From NCBI GenBank assembly GCA_964035545.1, contig CAXIUT010000024.1, positions 1 to 33,873 of the forward strand: DNA of 33,873 nucleotides. The letters run 5' to 3'. The number at the start of each line of letters is the position of its first letter. Position 1 is the first letter of the stretch. Below the pieces are notes generated by a model that worked only from the letters and a program-made list of their open reading frames with translations, did no database searches and was not told the DNA's origin. This document shows positions 24,132 to 33,873 of the stretch, piece by piece. A program made the translations under genes and the position numbers. This stretch comes from Bugula neritina (lineage: Eukaryota > Animalia > Bryozoa).

Positions 24132-25600
24132 TCAGCGATTGGCCAAAGTGTCTAGTATTTTTTAATTTTGCTGAGATCTTGTCCAACATTTGATAGTCTT
24201 AACCATCTCGTGTCTCTATCTTGTTGTAACTTTTCTCAACTTCTATAGACCTTATTAACCTTATTTACTACTAGCCATCTTGCAAGCCTAATCAACATCT
24301 TTCCAGATCCGATCTCGAACTCTTGTCATGCTCATTTTAGGATCTTTTCTTTGCTCACTGAGATAGTTTCTGTATTTGGTTGATAGTGTCCTCAAAGGTG
24401 TCTTTTTGAGAGATTATTCACTAGTCATAGATGACTCTTGATGCTTGTTCTGTTTCTTTGGTAATCTACGCATATATTACATGTAAGAGTTACCAACTTG
24501 TTTGCTTTACTAAAAAGATAATCCTTAAAACTTTATTTTTATTTCATTTTCTAGTCCTCAGATGATCGAGTCCTTTTACCCTAGGAGCATGATTTTGTTT
24601 AACATTCTATGCATAATCTTTGGCTGCCTCAACTAATCCTACTCTTTGCTTATATTAACTTTCTATATCCTATTTCTTTTTTCTTTTCTCATTGGCAACC
24701 AAAGTATAATATTTAGATTTCTAAAAATTTAGTTTTTTCTCTTTATTTATTTAATCCAAATCTCTTTTCTTCGTTCTCTATCAGCTATTTGTTGAGCTTT
24801 GATTTCTTTGTATTTTTATTAATGTTCTCTAACTGCCTGAAGATCTACTTCTTTTCTTTTTAATCTTTATTCCATCATCATTATCTTATTCTCAAGTTCA
24901 GTTTTTTCTTGTTCTTTTTGTTTTTATTCCATCTTCTAAAACAACTTCTTTTTTGCTTTCAACTAAGTAATCTTCAATCTTTCTTCTTAATATTGTTTTT
25001 ATTTTTGTTTCTTAGTTTTTTATAGAAGTTGCAATTTATTCATAGCTTATTTTCTATGATTCTATGCCAACTATTTTCTATGCTTTTATTCTTATTTTAA
25101 CTATTATTATCTCATCGCTTGTAACCTCTGTTAATGTTCTTTAGTTTTATTTTTCAACTTCTGTTAGAATTCCTTTTGTTATTTTTTCAACTTTTTCAAC
25201 ATATTGATATCTTACTGAGTAAGTTCTGATTTATTTCTTAAATTAGGTGAAATAGATTTCTTCTAGATATCATAGACATTTCTTTTTATACTTAGTTATT
25301 TTTATTATTAAGTAAATTATCGTAATTTTTAGTTCATACGCTATTTTGATTGTTTTATCTGTTGGAGACGACTTGATAACAGTTTGCTATCGTCTTTTGG
25401 TAAGATAGTGAAAGGGACCTGAGTTTGATTAGAGTTACTTTGTTTTTTGATAGTTTAAGAGCTGAAGAATCTAGCTGATTTACCACTTTCTATTATACTC
25501 TGCGAAGAAAATAGACAAGTTTTTACTGTATGTTTTATGGCTATGGCTCAAGTGTAGGTTATGGTTAGATAGTTGCTATAATTTTATCTTTGGCTGGCAT
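24132..25600 (-). CDS. Coiled-coil hypothetical protein; frame broken by indels
   Basis: E/K/Q-rich heptads; 1-nt frame changes near 25445, 25261 and 24160; plausible end ISAKLKILDTLANR-stop. Confidence 0.55.
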
Positions 25601-25701
25601 TAATTATTATAAAACTGATCAACTAAACATCTGTTATCTCTTCATAATCATTGAAATCATTTATTTCTCTTATCAATTTTCATAACAATACATAGTGAGT
25701 A

Positions 25702-27374
25702 TCAAGTTTGGAAGACTCCTTTCTTTTCTAACCCTCTATTCTTTTTTTTCAACTTGAATCCATGCAACAACTTCCATCTCTTCCTCGCTGATATCAACTT
25801 CAACCGATTTACATCTGTAGTTTATGGATTTTACTACTCCAAATCTACATGTCTTAACACTCTTTTAACTTTCTCTCGATACATTGGCTTATCTTCTACC
25901 TTTGGCTATGATTTCATCTTTTAGGAATAAACTGCTTTCAAACATTCTGGAACCAAATATTCTGGCACAAATGTTGGTATTTCTGTTTTGTTGTGATCGA
26001 TCTTCCTACGTAGACTGTTGACACTTTGCACAAGTATTTATTTTTATTTGTTTTGGTCCATCTCTTGAATTCTGGTGTCTTCAACAATTTCTTTTTGAAA
26101 TCTAACTGTCGATATAATTAGGCTCTGTGATTGGTTAAACTACTCCAAACATCACCGAATTCTGTACTTAAATGCTTCTATTTATTTTTTATTTATTGGC
26201 AATTCTTTGATAACTGTGTGTTCATATTGATTTTTCTCATATTTTGATCAATCCCTGTAATGTCTATATTTATTGCTATCTATTTTTCAAGAAAAGTCAT
26301 GATGAAAGGTTTTATTTTGAACGAATTAAGAATGGTATCATAATCATTATTAAGATGAACTAGACCAAGAGTGATGATAGAGGTCATGTTGACTAATTCG
26401 AACTGCTATCTCTTGTATTGTTTTTTGACTTGTTTTTTAAAGAGGTTAGTATCGATATCTTTCAATATTTGAGGAGTAGCCAACAAAACCGAAGTATTGC
26501 CGTTCATCCAAACCGACAGAATATAGAATTTTGAGGTGATAGGATCTTCATGGTTGTAGATACCTACTGATGGAATATGACATCTTTCCAAAAATAGTGC
26601 ATATCGGTATATCTATCTGATGTTTTCAACCAAAACAAGTATCTTAGGGTTGACTAGATTGAATTTAAGAGTGAGGTATAGACAGATAGGTATGGTGAGG
26701 GAGTCGCCAACTGAATAGAAGTGTGTGATTTGTTATTATTTTTATTTTTGTTATTATTATGGTTCATTTGGTGGTTAATATGTTATTTTTGATGTTTTTT
26801 TCATCCAATCCGTCTTGAATTTTTATATTTATTGGCCTCTGTTTATGCAGCTCAACTTATAGATGACTCTGGTTGATTTCAAACTGCCAGCTAGTAATTA
26901 CAGTATTTATCCATAGCCAAATCCAAATAGCAAATCTACTTCTGGATAAACTATTATCATTATTTTATCTTTTTATTTTTTCCATAAATTGTTGACTTGC
27001 AAAGGACTACCGATTAGCACCATCTTTCCTTAGACTTATCCTAGATCCTGCATGTAGAGATTGATGACTGCTGTTTAGAGACAACTTGACATGAAATGAT
27101 GGATTTGCTGGGATAGCTCTTTCGAGTGGCAGAGGACTACCATGATGCCCTTATTCTTAATTTGAATATTTCAGTAGAGAATGTAGGAGGAGAGCAGTAG
27201 TTTTGCCCTGAAGTTGGAGGTGCCAGTGATGATGAGGTTGTCGATGTTTTGAGTGGATTATAACATCTGTAGCTGGAAATCTGTTGGATGATGTAGTTGC
27301 AGGCGTGTGAGTCCTCGCAAGAGAAGAGGATAGTCTTGAAAGAGAGATGCAAGAGTTGTGGGTTAACTTTCCAT
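25702..27374 (-). CDS. DDX56/Dbp9-like DEAD-box protein, degenerate; frame broken by indels
   Basis: PTDFQ Q-motif, GKT, CHSKELSQQ, EVDLLFGFGY, YRYALFLE, EAFKYRI.DV, VPEYLVPE; several homopolymer indels. Confidence 0.72.
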
Positions 27375-27479
27375 TGTTGACCTATAAATATTATTTTAAT
27401 TAATTAGTATTTGATATCAGATAATACCATTATTCCAGAATTTTACAAAGAGATGACAAAGAATAAGAAAAGAAGCAAT

Positions 27480-28006
27480 ATCAAAGTTTGTTATATATAT
27501 AATTCAACCTCATACTTTTCCAATATTTCCAAAACCCGCTACAACTAATATCTCAAATATTCTGCCTAAATTTAACTGCCAGCTTCAAGTTGCAGTCGTC
27601 TCTCTTTGCCTATTATCACCAAACAACATCCAATATTTCTAATCTTACTTCCTCTTATGACATACTAGACCCCTTCTTTGACTATTTTTTCCATTTAAGG
27701 AATCTATATCCTTTTCTAGTCGTCTTTATCAGGTGATTTTCCAACAGAGATACCTGTCGTCGGAGGAGAGATAGACAAATTTATGATGAGGTTCTGTTGT
27801 GTTTTTATGAGTGTTTTATCATTAGGTATCCTTTTTTTTAAGTTAGATAGTATTTAGTGGATGTTTTAGGCTTCAGATGATTAATCGCTTATTCTTTTGA
27901 GAGTTACAGTTAGAGGAATGTTTTTTATGTTCTAGCGTACCTAGTTGAGGGTTTTGCTCAATAGATTACGTATTTTTGTGACTCTTAGGATTGTTTTAGG
28001 AGGCAT
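27480..28006 (-). CDS. Hypothetical protein, 3' end uncertain
   Basis: Long TGA-free frame from MPPKTILRVTK; no family recognised. Confidence 0.4.
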
Positions 28007-29849
28007 GTTTGTGTTGATAGTTGTGGTTTTAAACAGTTTGACTACAATTCAAAACTTTGTATGATAATATTATCAATCTAATAATTTTTTTATTACTTGT
28101 AAAAATATAAACTTTATGATATATTATCATTCTATTTTTCTGATTATGTATGATTTAAGAGTTTTCTCTGGCGTTTGGATTAGAACATTCGGTTGATTTA
28201 ATCGCAAAGAGTGAGATGATTAGCTAGGGATAGAATTTTGAATTAAAATGTTTGTTTTTCTATTCTTTTCTTGTTGACTAATTATGATTCATTTGATATT
28301 TGTACTTATTGAATGAATTCCCTACCTCTGTAACTTCTTATTGCATAATTTTTCTTTTCTTTATTACACTTATTATCATCTTCTTTGAACAATTTACTCA
28401 TCATTTCCAACCACTTCTCTTAACAGGTCGATTCTTATCTCTCCTCTGACAAACATTCTCAGCAATATGGTCTTAGTTTCACTGCTCTGTAATCTCTAAC
28501 TACCATTCTCTTATGATTTTCATTAAAATAAATAGGTAGTATTTAATTTCGACAGTATTTTTGGATTTGTTGCTAGATGGCAGTCATAACTTTATGGAAA
28601 ATGAGTTATAGCTTATATTTTAGCTGTGGGATATTGAAATCGGTTTGATGATAAATGTTGAAAGGATCTACCACATTTTTGAGAGATTTATGAGCGAGAA
28701 ATAAACGACAAAGTCTTTTTTCTTTCTATTAGTTCCAAATAAAAGATGATTTGTTTTATTATTATTTGATATTTTATTATTTTTTGTTTATTTTCTGGAT
28801 AGTCTGCATTATCCATCCATAGAGATCACATATTTAAGGTTCTTAAACAAATTATTGTTCCTATTTATAGACAAGATTAATAACTTTGCAATATGTCTAC
28901 CATCTCTTCTAACTTAATACTTTTTTGGCATTATAAAGCAACCAAAACAACTTTTCTCATTTATTCTTTTCCAATTCTAATAACATTTCTTCCATTTTGA
29001 TTTATCATTTCTTAGATCTTTCTGAATACAGTGATTGTAATCAATAAAAATATTTCTTGATTGCTAGCTTGAATATTTTAGAATCTGAGATAGGGATTCA
29101 TAGTTTAAAATTATAATTAACTTTCATTGATGATAGCTTTGGCAAGAAACTGCTCTTTTTGTAATCTAATTGAGTAGAAATAATCAGAAGTAAAAAATTA
29201 AGGTGAATGAGTTACTTTATTTAAAGGTTGATTGATTATGTTTATTATGTCTGATATATTCAATTATGGAATTATTTACTCGTCATTTGGAATTGATAGA
29301 TATTTTTTTGGGAAGTTGAAGTCAACAAATTAAATATTTTCAGACTGCATGTTTATTTTATCATAAATTAGTTTTGGTTTTGCCGATTATAAGCTTTAAA
29401 GGAGGTCAATAACAGACCTTTATTTGTTTATATTGTTGTTTTCACCTTGTTATACAATCTATATTTATTCATTCGCTTCCTTGTGATTGATTTTTTATTC
29501 ATTATCTGCCATAGATTAATTATTTCGATATTTCTATAAGAACTTGATAAATTTATCAGCATTTTTCAACATTTTCTTGCTAAAAAATATACTTTAATTA
29601 TCTTTTTCATTGCATCTCTCATTTCCAATAACATCTGTCTCGTTAATATTATTTTTAATTTTATTTATTCGCTCATATGCTAGTTATCCATGATTTAAGT
29701 ACTCGTTGATATTGGATTGATTGACTTTTCAAATAGAAATTCCACTTGATAGAAATCAACTCATTTAATATATAAGTTGACAAATGATGCAAAATGTAAA
29801 TATTTTTGAATAACCCTATTTCTATTATTATAAACAAATAGAAATAATC

Positions 29850-31900
29850 ATGGAAAACCTACCTTTAGTATGTTCCACTAATCACCCTCCAAAACTTATC
29901 CCCTCACCTCATCGTTCATACTCATTTAAAAGCAAAGCAAGTAGTTTGCCTCAAAGTCGATATCATGTAGAATAGCTAAGATTGGATTGATAGTAAATGG
30001 TTTATTATTGATCACTCTGGATACTAAAATTAAAATAGTGGATAAGAGAATTCTAAAATAGGTAAAAAAGATGGTTATAGATGTGGTAGAAGCTTTCGGG
30101 AAAGAAATGATATCAGTGGTATTGGATCGAGAATTGGTAGTCAACTTGGAATGAGAAAAAAAGGAGATCAACAGTATTTCAATATGAGAAAGAGAAAGGA
30201 GACTTAAATGAAGATATAAATCACATCTCCTCAGAAATAGATGTCTAAATGTTCAATGAATTCACCTAAAAAATCAATAAGTGGATCTCCTAAAAATGAT
30301 AAATAACATAATAAATCATATCTAGCATCTCTTTTAAAAGCAAAAGAAGGTCTTAAGAGAAAATTTAAGACTTAAAATACTTATAAAAAATCAAGAAATT
30401 CAGGAACAAAGATAGATAAAGGTTTCGGATCATCAAAAAAATTTGGTTCTAGATCTTCATTTAGAAAATACATGGGTAAAGATTTAATTTCAAATAAGAG
30501 TATTCTTTCTGAAATATCAAAGGCTTCATCAAAAGCAATCGATATTGTAGGTCCTGAAATGACAAAATTATTAAGTCCTGTTGAATTATAGATCCTAATT
30601 ATTTTATGAGACCCTTTATGAGTGATCCTTACGAAGACTTTCCTTAATGGAGACAATGGTAAGACAAATAAAATCAAAATTAAAAAGTAACAAACGATAG
30701 CAGTGATAAATATCAGCTCATGAGGAAGTTTTCATTACCAATGGAAATGGATTAAGGTAATTTTGATCATCTAAAGAAACAAAAATAAAATAATGAAGAA
30801 AAATTAAAGTAGAAAAGTAATCTTTAAAAATAGAAAGAGGAGAAAAACAAATAATAAAGTAAATAAGCAATAAATACAAAACAATAAAGTCTTCATTTAA
30901 AGTAGAAAACATAAAATAATAACTATCATTGTATTTTTTAACCATCTCCTTAAAAATCATAAAAATCCTCTTATCTCTAGTCTGCCTTCAATAGAACAGC
31001 TCACAATAACTCTTTATCATATCTATTAGCCTCATAATAAAAAATAAACATAATAAATATTCCAAATAGTCCTCAAACTTCATATTTCCCTTTATCGAAA
31101 AAGCAATCTCTGATTATTCCTAATCCTTCTCACAACAGTCTATATCACAACTAACCTTTAATCTAACTTCTAAACCTCATGTTAAAAGTTCAACCTAAAA
31201 TAATATAAAATTTGTTCGATATTCATGATACTTCATGTTACCGATGCATGTTATTCGAAAAAAGAAGAAGATAAATGATTAAAATGGACGGATTGTTTCC
31301 TTTTGATAGCAACTACTATCCTCTATTTGGCAATGTTTAGCAGTTTATCTGGTTTTCCCGTGTTAGTTAAAGCAATAGCAACTCTAAAAGGATCTTATAG
31401 TGAAGTATCGAAAGTCAATATTTACTAGATGTACTAAATGATAACAGGACATCAATTGGTATCGATTAAGTAAACAGTTAAACTCTAGAACTAACCAGTC
31501 AAATACTTATCGATGTTGAATAAAAAAGGGCTCAGACATTGGATAGTTTTATAATTGTTCAAGATGACTTAAATATTTTTAAATTAGATGAATTGGTCTA
31601 TCGTAAACCTCTATCTCAAATTAGATAATAAGAGTAGATTTCAAGTGTGAAGAGATCATTGCAATCATCATCGATTGGATCCAGAAAGATGAAGAGTTTG
31701 ACTGGTTTTCCCTCAAAATTAAAAAGCATGAAATATCTGTCTAAAGAGCCTATGATAATACGATTGGTAAGTTGATTGGAGTTAAAGGAAAGAGAAGTGT
31801 TCCTTTTGGATAGTTGCTAGGCTAAAGATATCAACTTTGGATGGCTACTGAAGTCAGTAGGTCGTAGATGAACAACTCTGAGAAGTGAAATAGTGAATTA
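29850..31900 (+). CDS. Hypothetical K/S-rich low-complexity protein(s); frames broken
   Basis: Long TGA-free segments (e.g. ~30070-30600, SPQKEMSKCSMNSPKKSISGSPK); boundaries approximate. Confidence 0.35.
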
Positions 31901-32879
31901 ATAAATAACTTTTTTGATGAGTTATATTTAAATAATCATTGTTTAATAAATATTTTCTCTTAACTCTTTTTCATGATTTTTGTTTTTAATAATTTTGTTC
32001 ACATTGTCAAATAACTCCAACTAAAAAACCTTCCTTGAAAAGATCAAACATTTACAATCAATTTTATTCAGATTATTGCAGCTATATAAACTATTGTTTT
32101 TATAATCCTTTTTAATCCTTTAAAGAAGTGCTGTAGTCAGTCGTCAGTTTTATAACCTTATTTATTACATGAAGCCAAATCTTACTTTATGCCATTAACC
32201 TCATTTTGCATTCAAAAAGTTAAGTCCAAATGTTTAAAAGCAGAGAAAAACTATGGACTAAAGGAATGCCCTAAAATCAAAGTTGGTTTTTATGACTTTC
32301 CACATCTTGAAGTATGGACGTAACCTTTGGTAAAGGCCTCTTTAAGCTATCTTAAAGGGCTTAAATCAAATTAAATTGCTATTAATTTGGTCTTATCTTT
32401 GGTCAGACCTGTCAGACTTTAGCTAATCGATATGGTAACTTCATGATCCAATTAAAACATGGTATTCATGACTCCATAAAACAATCTAAATATCTGGATC
32501 AATCTAACATCTTATAAGAGTAAGTTAAAAATATATCTTCTTCCTTCAAAAATGGGATAACAAACTATGGTCAGAAGTATGTGAGTTATTTGAGATTATG
32601 GTTCAAATGTGATTTTGGATAATTTGTTTATTCTTTATCATAGCTAGCAAAAAGTTGTTTAGGAGATGAGTTGGAAGAGATAAGGATTGACTTTTATGAA
32701 GAAAAATCAAGTTGGAAATGGAAGGAGTAGTGTTAATATATAGAATAGATAAATAAAGGAAGAAAAATATATTATAATATTAATCATATCAGATCCAATG
32801 AGAATATTAAAAGAATTAGATCTCCTTAAAATGCTTTGAGCTTAAAAAAAGAGTTCCTAGATTTTTGACAAATCGGTTT

Positions 32880-33240
32880 ACAAATAATGAAGATTAATAT
32901 CATCACCCTCAAAGTTAAATTTCAATAAAACAACAAAAGCTTCGTAGTTTTATCTTATTGACTAAAATCAAACCCAAAATTATCTTAGAGTACGACCAGA
33001 AATCACTCCTAAAATCTTCTAAACTCCAAAGAAGCAAACATTTAATCGCTCTCTAAGTCTAAATAATTATCAAGTATCTCGTACCACTGCTCGCAATCAC
33101 ATAGTTAAGATGATATTAGAGTATGATCGTGATCCTGATCATTTTGGAGGTAATAATATCATGCTTGATGAGCAGAGGCTAAAATAGATGGAACTTAGTA
33201 AGCTGAAAAAGCTGAAGGAGAGTCCTAAATAGTGTTGGTG
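32880..33240 (+). CDS. Hypothetical protein, 5' end unresolved
   Basis: Frame ...ETPKKQTFNRSLSL...KLKESPKECW ending in TGA at 33238. Confidence 0.35.
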
Positions 33241-33443
33241 AAGATTTAAATGACCTCTTTGTATCAAATTTTATTGAATAATAAAAAATAGATTTAGATA
33301 AAACCACTAAGAATTTAAAATGCTTCTAGAATGATCTTTTATCTTCACTTCAACTCCTTAATCCTAATACTATTAATCATCAATAAAACACTAATAGTCA
33401 CATTGATACTAACTGATAGATTGATAATAAGGTTGAGATCCTT

Positions 33444-33698
33444 TCAGCATCCTTTGATGTGCCATTTTTGTTGTTCAGCAACCCAGCAAATGCAAGGCCA
33501 GCAGTCTTTTTCCATTGAGACGAAGTATTTGAAGCATTCAAGATCCATGGGAACATCAGCTCCTTTTTCTCTGGCAGCTTTCTAGCAGACTGGGAAAGCT
33601 TTATTGATGTCATCAATGCATCTGACTTCGAGGTCATGGGGGCAATCAGCAGCAAGAGCCAAAGCGAGGATGGTAAGTAGGAGTAGTATCAACTTCAT
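33444..33698 (-). CDS. Small secreted cysteine-rich protein (84 aa, 8 Cys)
   Basis: MKLILLLLTILALALAA signal peptide followed by DCPHDLEVRCIDDINKAFPVCEKAAREKGADVPMDLECFKYFVSMEKDCWPCICWVAEQQKWHIKGC-stop; intronless, clean frame. Confidence 0.88.
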
Positions 33699-33786
33699 TT
33701 ATGGTAGATTTATATTATGGATAAATCATTGGTGATGATAGATTTATAATTGATAGGTAGGATATTATATTTAAAAAACAAATAAT

Positions 33787-33873
33787 GGGGTTGGGGTTGG
33801 GGTTGGGGTTGGGGTTGGGGTTGGGGTTGGGGTTGGGGTTGGGGTTGGGGTTGGGGTTGGGGTTGGGGTTGGG
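33787..33873. repeat. Right telomere, (GGGGTT)n
   Basis: Perfect G4T2 repeats to the end of the window. Confidence 0.98.

Noticed and set aside
21616-27374. Euplotes-type programmed +1 frameshifting, or TGA read-through/selenocysteine
   Set aside because: Breaks go in both directions, lack a shared AAA-stop context, and the in-frame TGAs disappear once homopolymer indels are corrected.
28120-29760. Probable minus-strand coding fragments, one with a weak Myb-like W..E.E start
   Set aside because: Frames are broken and no family is recognisable, so no defensible gene model could be built.
31970-32790. Possible plus-strand gene
   Set aside because: A partial open frame exists, but start, stop and product are unresolved in the indel-rich region.
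1405-33655. Supplied standard-code ORFs taken as genes
   Set aside because: Most are antisense or off-frame shadows, or fragments cut at TAA/TAG, which are sense (Glu) codons here.
125-33698. TAR=Gln (table 6) or a split TAA/TAG code
   Set aside because: Both codons fall at invariant Glu positions in kinases, Rabs and MORN repeats.
1-33873. CRISPR arrays, tRNA/rRNA genes, transposons or prokaryotic operons
   Set aside because: No repeat-spacer structure, cloverleaf, terminal inverted repeats or transposase motifs were seen by eye; a tRNAscan/Infernal run would be needed to exclude small RNAs.

Overview
Eukaryotic, AT-rich macronuclear DNA from a ciliate, most likely a peritrich. Evidence: C4A2/G4T2 telomeres; TAA and TAG read as Glu at invariant positions (kinase APE, Rab ETSAK, MORN YEG); TGA is the only stop; GT-AG introns are 19-23 nt with a mode of 20. 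The supplied standard-code ORF track is therefore largely misleading, and I re-translated genes by hand with TAR=Glu. Bases 1-13414 form a complete telomere-to-telomere minichromosome of about 13 genes (Ser/Thr kinase, SAXO, HSF, steroid-reductase-like, EB1-like, APC11/RBX1-like, NIF-type phosphatase, LMBR1, pseudokinase-MORN). Its right G4T2 tract is fused directly into the middle of a coding sequence of a second ~20.5 kb segment (CXorf65-like, Rab1, PDI, kelch, RCC1-TKL kinase, divergent Rab, GRIP golgin, Erv2, DDX56-like, small secreted 8-Cys protein), which ends in its own telomere. Genes left of ~21.6 kb have clean frames; those to the right carry many 1-nt homopolymer indels. The most notable unexplained signals are an orientation-independent C-rich-to-G-rich sawtooth recurring at sub-kb spacing, the internal telomere junction, the 20-nt intron regime and a subtelomeric pheromone-like peptide gene.
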